DNA from: Hyphomicrobiales bacterium
GTDB taxonomy: Bacteria; Pseudomonadota; Alphaproteobacteria; Rhizobiales; JACESI01
NCBI GenBank assembly: GCA_039989895.1
Contig: JBDXGY010000006.1
Location: forward strand, 835,092-899,091
DNA: 64,000 nt
Direction of reading: 5' to 3'
Shown piece after piece: positions 52,548 to 61,000 of this stretch. The notes beneath the pieces are model-generated. The model did not search any database. It saw only the letters and a list, made by a program, of their open reading frames with translations, and was not told where the DNA came from. Made by a program: the position numbers and the translations under genes. Numbering within the stretch: the first letter of the stretch is position 1; each line of letters opens with the position of its first letter.

Positions 52548-53321
52548 CTATTGGCAATACGTTAGGTTTTCGATCTTCACTGCTGCGTCTTTGCTCTCGC
52601 CAACGGTGCGCAAAGATCGTTTGCAATGCTCAAGCTCTTCCTCGCTCAAAACATAAAAAGGCCGAGGAAAATCCGTGATACCAATCAGCTTATCTGAAGG
52701 AACATCGACACCACTATCGCGAATTTCCTTCACATTGCGGATAATCGTCACGCCATTGCTCTCCTCTTTCACCACAACAGCGACCTGTATTGCCTTTTGC
52801 GATGAAGGGGCGCGCATCGCCAACTGCCCAGCAACATATGCTGGTATCGGCAGCACATCTATAAGCGACGAATGTGGCTTAGGGTTTGGCCATTTCTTAG
52901 CACTGGGACTGATGTTGATGAAATCATCTGAACGATGGGTATGCGTCAAATAACGGCCATGTTTATGATTCACCGCCCCTATTTTCTGGTGCCCGCCATG
53001 ATAGCCCTTCACAAAATGATCGTGCCGCTTGGTTTTAGGTTTTATAAGTTTAGCGCGCTTTGTTTTCACCTTATGAGAAGAAGCTGATCTTGCTTTGTCA
53101 TGTGAATGTACATGCGGCTTTTTGACGTATTTCCTTTTAGAAGACTTATGCCCACTCACCGTGCGCGTTTTGGTGACAGTTTCAGTCACAGTTTCAGTCG
53201 TCGTGACTGTTGTTGTTTTGGACTTAAAAACTTTATGGCCTGCAAGCGCTGCTTGCTGTGGGAAAGTAAAGGCAGCAAAGGCCAAAAGAAGGCCTGCGGC
53301 TGTATTCGATCGTTTCATCAT
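52548..53321 (-). CDS. secreted His/Lys-rich protein of unknown function
   Basis: Signal peptide MMKRSNTAAGLLLAFAAFTFPQQAALA, a TTVTTTETVTETVTKT low-complexity run and several His clusters (HVHSHDK, HDHFVKGYHGGHQK, HKHGRYLTHTHR). SD GGAGA. I recognise no family. Confidence 0.6.
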   Translation of the reverse strand: MMKRSNTAAGLLLAFAAFTFPQQAALAGHKVFKSKTTTVTTTETVTETVTKTRTVSGHKSSKRKYVKKPHVHSHDKARSASSHKVKTKRAKLIKPKTKRHDHFVKGYHGGHQKIGAVNHKHGRYLTHTHRSDDFINISPSAKKWPNPKPHSSLIDVLPIPAYVAGQLAMRAPSSQKAIQVAVVVKEESNGVTIIRNVKEIRDSGVDVPSDKLIGITDFPRPFYVLSEEELEHCKRSLRTVGESKDAAVKIENLTYCQ

Positions 53322-53578
53322 AGCTCGTTATCTCCGTACTATACAAAGGAGTAAAAAGCGCGCCGCATCAAGCCACCGCTCCCGGCGACCTACACTGTAA
53401 AAATATTAAAATCATTCCACTTTTAAATCAAGAGCTTATTCGTAACTGGTCGATAGTTGCGCGAAATCGCAGCTTTCTAAGCCCCCCTCCCTGCATCTCA
53501 TCATCTTTTTCCATTCTCTTTGCATAAGAACCCAATTTCAGCTTGATCTAGCTTATTCTTTTCTGTAGTCCGGTACGT

Positions 53579-53668
53579 GGAGACGTGGCCGAGTGGCTGA
53601 AGGCGCGCCCCTGCTAAGGGCGTATACGGGAGACCGTATCGAGGGTTCGAATCCCTTCGTCTCCGCCA
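53579..53668 (+). tRNA. tRNA-Ser (anticodon GCU)
   Basis: Acceptor GGAGACG/CGUCUCC, anticodon loop CUGCUAA, long variable arm (UACGG/CCGUA stem), T-loop UUCGAAU, encoded CCA. Confidence 0.92.
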
Positions 53669-53769
53669 CCTACCTTATTTCTCCTATTCAGCTCCAAAGC
53701 TATGGCATATTGCAAGGCTCGGTCGCTGCATCTTAAGCATAAGGCACCCAAAATCTGGAGGATAATGGC

Positions 53770-54684
53770 GTGAGCGTATTAGACCAAGCCATGAGAGACT
53801 GCGCGCAAGAAGGCATTGTCTTTGATCGCGCCCAGACAAATGGCATCACTATGTTTTATGCGCGCAAGGGCACAGGTTACCCGCTCGTCCTTCTCCATGG
53901 ATGGCCAGAATTCTGGATGGTCTATCGCCCCATAATCAATGCTCTGGCAGACGAATTTGATATTATTGTTCCTGATCTACGCGGATTTGGCGATACCGGA
54001 AAGGCCACATCCGGCCCTGATGATCAAGCCAATGCTGACGTGCATACTGAAGATATCAAAGGCCTCATAGACAATCTCGGCATTAAAAAATTTGGACTGG
54101 TTAGTGGTGACGTTGGAGCCAATATTGCGCAAGCTTTCGCCCGATCCTATCCAGAAAGCTTGTCAGGGCTCTTCTTCTTCTCGACACCCTACCCCGGTCT
54201 AGGAAAACGATACGCACAAGCCGACCACTTGACGGAAGTCTGGTACCAATACTTTCAGCAAATACCATTGGCTGTTGAATTGGCGGGCAGCTCAAGAGAC
54301 GCTTGCAAAATGTATATCTCACATTTTCTCAACCACTGGTCCAGCGATAATCCAGCAGTCTTTGAGCATTTGATCGAAATCTACACAGACAATTTCATGA
54401 AGAATGACAATCTTCAAGGCGGGTTTGATTGGTATTTAAGTTCTGCTAAAAACAGGCGGTTGTGGATTGAAGAGAAACTTCCCCACCCCCCCGTTATCAA
54501 TACCCCATCGCACTTTATGTGGGGCAAAAAAGACCCGCTGATCCGACCTGAGTGGAGCGATCGATTGAGCGAGTATTTTAATGATTACACCATCGAGTTT
54601 GTCGATGCTGGCCACTTTGTCCATGCCGAAATACCGGATAAGGCTGCGGCCAACATTAGAAAGTTCTTTAAAGACAAGGTATAG
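53770..54684 (+). CDS. alpha/beta-fold hydrolase, Asp-nucleophile type (epoxide hydrolase / haloacetate dehalogenase-like)
   Basis: HGWPEFW oxyanion motif and SGDVGA at the nucleophile elbow (Asp rather than Ser). GTG start with GGAGGA 7 nt upstream. Confidence 0.75.
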   Translation: MSVLDQAMRDCAQEGIVFDRAQTNGITMFYARKGTGYPLVLLHGWPEFWMVYRPIINALADEFDIIVPDLRGFGDTGKATSGPDDQANADVHTEDIKGLIDNLGIKKFGLVSGDVGANIAQAFARSYPESLSGLFFFSTPYPGLGKRYAQADHLTEVWYQYFQQIPLAVELAGSSRDACKMYISHFLNHWSSDNPAVFEHLIEIYTDNFMKNDNLQGGFDWYLSSAKNRRLWIEEKLPHPPVINTPSHFMWGKKDPLIRPEWSDRLSEYFNDYTIEFVDAGHFVHAEIPDKAAANIRKFFKDKV

Positions 54685-54723
54685 TGGCTAAGATCTCATA
54701 CTCACTTTTCGAGGAATAAAGAA

Positions 54724-55569
54724 TTGTCTTCTTCATTGCCCCCAAATCCTTGCATTCTTTGTTGTGCTATAACGGGTGCGGTACCCACACAGAAGGATAA
54801 TCCAGCCCTCCCCGTAACAATTGCCGAACAGATAGAAAGTTCACATGAAGCTGTGGAGGCAGGTGCGTCAATATTGCATTGTCATGTACGCGATGATGAA
54901 GGCAATCCGACATCTGACCCCGAGCGTTTTGCGGCCCTCAAAGAAGGCCTTGAGAAATATGTGCCCGGAGCGATCATTCAATTTTCAACCGGTGGGCGAA
55001 ATGGTGCAGGCCATGAGCGTGGTGCTATGTTATCACTTCGCCCTGATATGGCTTCTTTAACGGTAGGCTCCAACAACTTCCCAAATCGAGTTTACGAAAA
55101 CCCTCCTAATCTGGTTGAATGGCTCTCGGCAGAAATGCGTCAATATGAGGTTATGCCAGAGATCGAGGCCTTTGACCTGTCGCATATTATCAATGCCGTC
55201 AAAATGCACGCCAATGGCGCCATTAGCGGTAAACTTTATGTACAATTTGTCATGGGAATCAAGAACGCCATGCCCGTCGACAAACATGTGTTTGATTTCT
55301 ATGTTGAGACGATGAAACGCCTCGCGCCCGATGCCCCGTGGTGCGCTGCAGGCATTGGTCCTGGACAGGTTATTGTCAATGAATGGGCAATTGCGGCTGG
55401 CGGCCACACTAGAGCCGGTCTTGAGGATAATATACGTCTCAACAAAACAACCCTCGCTCCCTCCAATGCGGCTTTAATCAAAAGAGCAGCAGAGCTATGC
55501 GACAAATACGAGCGCCCCGTCGCAACAATAAGTGAAGCACGTAATATCCTTGGGCTACGCGCTGCATGA
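54724..55569 (+). CDS. beta-keto acid cleavage enzyme family protein (BKACE/DUF849, 3-keto-5-aminohexanoate cleavage enzyme-like)
   Basis: N-terminus CAITGAVPTQKDNPALPVTIAEQIESSHEAVEAGASILHCHVRDDEG is typical of the BKACE TIM barrel. 281 aa. TTG start with GAGGA 8 nt upstream. Confidence 0.75.
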   Translation: MSSSLPPNPCILCCAITGAVPTQKDNPALPVTIAEQIESSHEAVEAGASILHCHVRDDEGNPTSDPERFAALKEGLEKYVPGAIIQFSTGGRNGAGHERGAMLSLRPDMASLTVGSNNFPNRVYENPPNLVEWLSAEMRQYEVMPEIEAFDLSHIINAVKMHANGAISGKLYVQFVMGIKNAMPVDKHVFDFYVETMKRLAPDAPWCAAGIGPGQVIVNEWAIAAGGHTRAGLEDNIRLNKTTLAPSNAALIKRAAELCDKYERPVATISEARNILGLRAA

Positions 55570-55587
55570 CGAGGCGATAAAGATAAC

Positions 55588-56916
55588 TTAAGAGGCGATC
55601 ACCTCATTCTTCTGACCAACTAAAGCATCTTCAAACCATTTGGCTACTTGCAATAGTTGTACATCTCGCCTTGGGCGAGCAGCCAATTGTATGCCATATG
55701 AAAGCCCACTCGCATTCGTGCCACAGGGCACTGTGATACTCGGCAAGCCCAACAAGGTCCACGCTCTGCTCATCACAGGATCGCCCGTGCCTGCTTGCGA
55801 CAATGGCGCCACATCTGGAGCACTTGGCAAAACAAGCACATCCGCATCACCAAAAATCTGTTCAAGATTATGCAGGCAGTAATCGCGCAGCTGATAAGCA
55901 TCATCATAATCACTGCTTACGGTTCCATCGGCCAATGCAAACAATTCATGGAGTGACATGCTTAGTTTGTCATAGGCCGTATAGCGTTCATGTGAAAGTT
56001 CACGCGCAGCCTCGACAGCCATGATAATCGTTTGCGCTTCACACAGCTGAGTGAAAGGATCAGGCACAGTGTCTCGCCCAACATGCGCGCCTTTTTCGAC
56101 AATCAATTGAAGTGTTTTTTCAATTGCAAGATTGGCGCCTTTTGAGGCCTTATCCCATTCTGGACCCATCCATAATCTGACATTGGGTTCTTCTTTGATT
56201 GGTGCGATACAAGCAAGGTCAGGACGATTTGCCATAACACTGGCGATTAAAGCTATATCCGATACGCATCGACCAAACATACCAACAGTATCCAATCCAT
56301 TCGCCAGCGCTTTAACACCCGCCAGACTGATCATACCACGGGTTGGTTTGTAACCGACAATACCGCAATAAGCGGCAGGACGAATGGTGGAAGCCGCTGT
56401 CTGCGACCCAATGGCAAGTGGCACCATATAATCACTAACGGCTGCGGCGGAGCCGCTGGACGAGCCTCCGGGCGAACGCGCTGCATCATTTGGGTGCTTC
56501 GTTTTACCCGCTTGCCAATAAGCAAATTCGGTCGAAACCGATTTACCCATTATAATCGCCCCTGCTGCACGAAGACGACTAACGCAGGCTGCATCAGCTA
56601 CTGGTCGGAATCCAGCATAGATTTTGGAGCCATAACTTGTTGGCATATCAAATGTATCAAAAATATCTTTGATAGAAACGGGCAAGCCCCAAAGCAATCC
56701 CCTCTTCTCAATTGGCTGTTGCGAGAGAGTTGATAGCTGGCGCTCAACATTAAGCCAATCAAGGTGCTGCCATGCTTCAACATCGTCTTCTCTATTCTCA
56801 ATGCGTTCACGACAAGAAGACACGAGTACGTCAGGCGTCAATTCGCCAGAAATCAGCAAACTTCGTGCGTGTGTTGCTGTTAATTCATTAAAAGTATTAT
56901 AGACTGAACCAAACAA
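55588..56916 (-). CDS. amidase-signature (AS) family amidase
   Basis: GGSSSGSAAAV signature with the upstream catalytic Lys context (PVSIKDIF). 442 aa. Confidence 0.85.
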   Translation of the reverse strand: MFGSVYNTFNELTATHARSLLISGELTPDVLVSSCRERIENREDDVEAWQHLDWLNVERQLSTLSQQPIEKRGLLWGLPVSIKDIFDTFDMPTSYGSKIYAGFRPVADAACVSRLRAAGAIIMGKSVSTEFAYWQAGKTKHPNDAARSPGGSSSGSAAAVSDYMVPLAIGSQTAASTIRPAAYCGIVGYKPTRGMISLAGVKALANGLDTVGMFGRCVSDIALIASVMANRPDLACIAPIKEEPNVRLWMGPEWDKASKGANLAIEKTLQLIVEKGAHVGRDTVPDPFTQLCEAQTIIMAVEAARELSHERYTAYDKLSMSLHELFALADGTVSSDYDDAYQLRDYCLHNLEQIFGDADVLVLPSAPDVAPLSQAGTGDPVMSRAWTLLGLPSITVPCGTNASGLSYGIQLAARPRRDVQLLQVAKWFEDALVGQKNEVIAS

Positions 56917-56970
56917 ATAATAATTTCTACCTATATTAAATTTGCTAGCTTTCTAATTAAAACCGCAATT

Positions 56971-57008
56971 ATTATGAGCAAATGCAACCATTATGAGCAA
57001 ATGCAACC
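56971..57008. repeat. perfect 19-bp tandem direct repeat in the divergent amidase/TAXI promoter region
   Basis: ATTATGAGCAAATGCAACC at 56971-56989 and again at 56990-57008, followed by a degenerate third copy containing GCAAATGAG. Confidence 0.85.
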
Positions 57009-57319
57009 TATTACATTGCAAGCAAATGAGCCCATTTCAAATAAGTAAGCTTTCATTTGACGATGTCACTGTCAACATGCTCTTATATAAAAAACCACAC
57101 CGTACTCCCATTTAAGTAAGCGCTTAATTACGGTTTTAAAAAACAAAAGAAATTTAAAAAATTTAAGCTTGTTACAAAAGGAAATTAAAAATTTAGGGCT
57201 TGTAAATTGGATTTAAAAACAATGGTATGTCCTAATAGTATGGAGGCATGATTTAGCGATACATTTTGAATGTTGTTGAATTAGCTTCTTCACAAAAAAA
57301 AGCGCAGGGAGTACACAGA

Positions 57320-58408
57320 ATGAAACTATTAAGAAAATACAAGAAAACAGCGACGTTAGCTGTTGCAGCCGTTGCTTTAGCCGCAGCCGGAGCAGGCAGC
57401 GTTCAATATTCAAAGGCGGCTGACGCTATCGCCGTTCTTCTATGTCCATTTGGCTGTGGTCCAATTGCTGGTGACACCATCTTAATGAACCAGATGATCA
57501 AAGAAGGTTCAGATGTGTTGCTGCTTCCGCAGGAAACACCAGGTTACATGTACAACATCAGAGAGATGGGCCGTGAAGAGCGCAAATGGAAAACATCCGT
57601 TTTTGCCACTGAAGACACTCTCATCCAAATCGCCTATTCAGGTGGTTCTGACGAAGTTAAAGAATTTCTCCCTGAGCCAGTACAGGTCCCGTGGAAGCTT
57701 CTTTATGGTGAAGCATGGTGGGGCCAAGGCAAATTCCTTGTGACCTTCGATTGTAACTTGAAGTCAATGGCTGATTTGAAAGGCAAGCGTATCTCGCTCG
57801 GTCTGCGCGGTCAGTCTGATTGGGGCGTATTCTCACGCTTGTTCTTAGAGCATGCATTTGGTGTAACACCAGATAATGCAGATATTCGCCACATGACTCC
57901 AGGGCAGCTAACACAGCAGCTCATTGATGGTGCAACTGATGCAGCTGTCACACCAATCGGTGCGGAGCCAAGTCTTGAAACATTCATCATACCTGGTCCT
58001 GTTCGTCAGCTTGAAGCAACCGGTAATAAGATGTGTTACCTCGGCGTGACGGAAGAAGACGTAGCAAAGGTGAATGAAAAATTCGGCACAAGTTGGTTCC
58101 ATGTGAATCTACCAGCTGGAACACTTCCTCACCAAGATGAGCCTCTTGGTATTGGATTTAACCGCGCCTTTAAGGCCGCTCATGAAAGTTTCGATGAAGA
58201 GCGCGCTTACAACTTTGTAAAATCGGTCGGTAAAATTGGGCCTAAAATGAAAGAACTTCATGCCCTATGGAAAATCTGGTCACCAGAACTGATGACATGT
58301 GGTTTGTCAGAAGAGAACACGCATGCTGGTGCAATCAGAGCCTACAAAGAGCTGGGTTGGTGGGACAAACGCAAAGAGTGCGAACCAATGACTTACCCTA
58401 AGAGCTAA
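57320..58408 (+). CDS. TAXI-family TRAP transporter solute-binding protein
   Basis: Signal peptide MKLLRKYKKTATLAVAAVALAAAGAG and an NMT1/TAXI-like periplasmic fold pattern. It lies directly upstream of a fused TRAP permease. ATG at 57320 with AGGGAG 8 nt upstream. Confidence 0.7.
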   Translation: MKLLRKYKKTATLAVAAVALAAAGAGSVQYSKAADAIAVLLCPFGCGPIAGDTILMNQMIKEGSDVLLLPQETPGYMYNIREMGREERKWKTSVFATEDTLIQIAYSGGSDEVKEFLPEPVQVPWKLLYGEAWWGQGKFLVTFDCNLKSMADLKGKRISLGLRGQSDWGVFSRLFLEHAFGVTPDNADIRHMTPGQLTQQLIDGATDAAVTPIGAEPSLETFIIPGPVRQLEATGNKMCYLGVTEEDVAKVNEKFGTSWFHVNLPAGTLPHQDEPLGIGFNRAFKAAHESFDEERAYNFVKSVGKIGPKMKELHALWKIWSPELMTCGLSEENTHAGAIRAYKELGWWDKRKECEPMTYPKS

Positions 58409-58537
58409 CTTACTGAACACATAAACGAAATGGCCGATCCAGTTGAAAATTAAACGATTGGGTCGGCTATTAATGTGCGACAATTCGTCACATGAATTAA
58501 ACACAAGAACGATACATACCTAAAATAAGGACTTAAG

Positions 58538-60493
58538 ATGACTGGCTGGAAAACCCTCAGGCAACTGGTTGATATACCATTCATATTAGTTGGCCTTGTG
58601 CTCACCGTATACATTGGGTTTTCAGCTTTTGGATATGTAAAAAACTCATCAGAACATTATTCAAATTTCATCCTTGGCACGTGCCTGATGACCGGTTTTC
58701 TCGCCCTTCGCAATTTGTGCGACGAAAAACTGGGCATGAAAGACATTATGAGCGATACGGGCGACACTATGCGCGTGCGCCCTTTCTTTTGGCCACGGTT
58801 TAGCCTGGCGGTTTTCGCGCTCATAATAAGTGCCATTGCGATGGGATACATTCGCTATCACGCCGTCTACCTTGAAAAAGCCCAACCCTATTTTGCTGAT
58901 ATAGATATTGTTGTCGGCTGGATGATGACCGTGTCAATTCTAGCGCTGTGCTACATCCACTGGGGTTTACTCCTGACATCTGTGATCGCAGTCGCGATCA
59001 GCTATTTCTTCTTCGGTTATCTGATTGAAAATCCGCTTTTCGTAACCCCAAAATATGACACCGGATTCATCATGAATTACATTGGTCTTGGGACCAACCA
59101 AGGCTTTTACTATCTCGCTCAAGTTGCAGCAGATTCGATCTATTTCTTGATCATTTATGCCGCCATTCTTTTAGGCGTTGGCATGCTTGATATGATCCTT
59201 GAAGTCGGCAAAGTAACAGGACGCCGCATGGCTGGTGGTGCTGCTGGACCAGCACTCATTGGCTCAGGCATTGTATCTTCAATTATGGGGCAAGCTGTCT
59301 CAAACGTTGTGCTGACAGGTCGATTGACCATCCCGATGATGAAACGTTATGGCTATTCAAACTCTATGGCAGGTGCGATTGAAGCAACAGCTTCTACTGC
59401 AGGACAGATCATGCCCCCAATCATGGGTTTGGCTGCATTCATTATCGCCTCATTCTTGAACCGCCCCTACATCGACGTTGCACTTTCTGCCATGGTGCCG
59501 GGCCTTTTATATTTAGTGGGTTGCGGCATCGCGATCTATATCTATGCAAAACGTCACAAACTACCAAAGCTGACGGAAAAAGCCGATATGCAAATGATCT
59601 TGCGTCTTTTGCCGACATTCATTATTTCCTTCGGTATTGTTCTGTGGCTTTTGCTTGGCTATCGCTCACCGGCAATTGCAGGAATGTGGGGTATTATCCT
59701 TGCTCTCGCCTTGTCATTTTTTCAAGGAAAATGGCAACCCAAATTGTCAACGCTCTATGCGGCTCTTCAAGAAGGCTTCTACCTTGTGGCGGTGCTCTCA
59801 CTGCTATTGATTGCCATTGGCCCGCTCGGTCAGGTAATGTTGACGACTAACCTCTCCGGACGGTTAGGTGCAGCGCTGATCCAATATTTGCCAGATAGCC
59901 AACTACTCTTGTTGATTGGTGCCATGTGCGTATCGCTGGTTCTGGGTATGGGACTACCAACACCGGTGGCCTATATCATTGTAGCGCTTGCTCTCGTACC
60001 CTTCATGCAACAGATCGGCGTTCCGCCGCTACAAGCCCATTTCTTCGTCTTCTATTTTGCCGTATTCTCAACATTGACGCCTCCTGTGGCCGTCAGCGTG
60101 TTGGCGGCGGCCAAACTCGCGGACGCCTCATTCCTGAGAACTGCTGCGGATTCATTGAAAATCGCCTCAACAACTTTCATCATTCCATTTGCATTTGTTT
60201 TTTCACCTGAACTGATGACATTTCCGAATATGACAACAGCGATCATCCCTCCTTTGCTGGAAGTTCTCGGAATCCAGATCACAATGTCGATTGCATCTTA
60301 TGGGTACTTTTTCAGGGCTTTGAGCGGATGGGAACGTATTGTATTCTTAGCCACAGCTGTCTTCGGATTTTTGTATATGACCTTGGCATATGATTTTTAC
60401 CTCTACGCCTCGCTCTCATTATTTGGTGCGATGACTCTATGGGTATTAAAGAGTTACTTGTCTGAAAAATTCATGGGAAACACGCCTCAATAA
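58538..60493 (+). CDS. TRAP transporter fused 4TM/12TM permease (TAXI-type)
   Basis: 651 aa, highly hydrophobic with many predicted transmembrane helices. The size and position match the fused permease of TAXI-TRAP systems. Confidence 0.8.
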   Translation: MTGWKTLRQLVDIPFILVGLVLTVYIGFSAFGYVKNSSEHYSNFILGTCLMTGFLALRNLCDEKLGMKDIMSDTGDTMRVRPFFWPRFSLAVFALIISAIAMGYIRYHAVYLEKAQPYFADIDIVVGWMMTVSILALCYIHWGLLLTSVIAVAISYFFFGYLIENPLFVTPKYDTGFIMNYIGLGTNQGFYYLAQVAADSIYFLIIYAAILLGVGMLDMILEVGKVTGRRMAGGAAGPALIGSGIVSSIMGQAVSNVVLTGRLTIPMMKRYGYSNSMAGAIEATASTAGQIMPPIMGLAAFIIASFLNRPYIDVALSAMVPGLLYLVGCGIAIYIYAKRHKLPKLTEKADMQMILRLLPTFIISFGIVLWLLLGYRSPAIAGMWGIILALALSFFQGKWQPKLSTLYAALQEGFYLVAVLSLLLIAIGPLGQVMLTTNLSGRLGAALIQYLPDSQLLLLIGAMCVSLVLGMGLPTPVAYIIVALALVPFMQQIGVPPLQAHFFVFYFAVFSTLTPPVAVSVLAAAKLADASFLRTAADSLKIASTTFIIPFAFVFSPELMTFPNMTTAIIPPLLEVLGIQITMSIASYGYFFRALSGWERIVFLATAVFGFLYMTLAYDFYLYASLSLFGAMTLWVLKSYLSEKFMGNTPQ

Positions 60494-60520
60494 AAAGCAA
60501 CCTAGCCGTGGGAGAGGATC

Positions 60521-60997
60521 ATATCGTTATCGTTTAAGGAAGTTGCCGAAATACTCAAGATTATTGACGCATCAAACTGCGATGAAGTCGTTCTTGAACT
60601 GGAAGGCATAAAACTGGCTGTGCGTCGCGATACGTCTCATAGCCAAGGGGAATCGCGCAGCCTAGAAACGCCAGTGACTGAGCTAACGCAGACTGCCGCA
60701 CCCTCAGCACCTCAAACTGGCAAGAAAGCACCCACGGCTGAAGCAAGCACAGCTTCGGGGGTTCCCGTGCGCTCGCCTATGGTTGGATCCTTTTATCGTC
60801 GCCCTGCCCCAGACAAGCCTCCCTTCGTTGAAATCGGCTCAAAAGTAAAACAAGGTGATACGCTGTGTTTGATTGACGTTATGAAACTTTATACGACAAT
60901 CACAGCGACACACGCTGGTACTATCAATGAGATAGCCGCTGATGATGGCGATCTCGTCGAATTTGACCAACTGTTATTTGTCATATCTGCGGATTAG
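60521..60997 (+). CDS. biotin carboxyl carrier protein (second, accessory copy); start codon unresolved
   Basis: Biotinyl-lysine motif (LIDVMKLY). The in-frame region upstream of the track's GTG (60620) encodes a typical BCCP N-terminus (SFKEVAEILKIIDASNCDEVVLELEGIKLAV). No ATG, GTG or TTG occurs between the in-frame stop at 60503 and 60620. Confidence 0.8.
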   Translation: MSLSFKEVAEILKIIDASNCDEVVLELEGIKLAVRRDTSHSQGESRSLETPVTELTQTAAPSAPQTGKKAPTAEASTASGVPVRSPMVGSFYRRPAPDKPPFVEIGSKVKQGDTLCLIDVMKLYTTITATHAGTINEIAADDGDLVEFDQLLFVISAD

Positions 60998-61000
60998 ACG

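Larger units (their letters stand above)
51937..52566 (+). repeat. tandem duplication of a roughly 300-330 bp small-ORF cassette (unit 1 51937-52236, unit 2 52237-52566)
   Basis: The 5' blocks 51981-52062 and 52285-52367 are near-identical. The 3' blocks 52111-52236 and 52441-52566 (126 bp) differ at 3 positions. Both units start with ATATTTGACT. Confidence 0.9.

Noticed and set aside
50673-52566. CRISPR array, considering the 11-bp tandem repeat and the ~300-bp duplicated units.
   Set aside because: The 11-mers are contiguous with no spacers. The larger repeats are two whole promoter-ORF-terminator cassettes. There are no 24-40 bp repeats with unique spacers and no cas genes.
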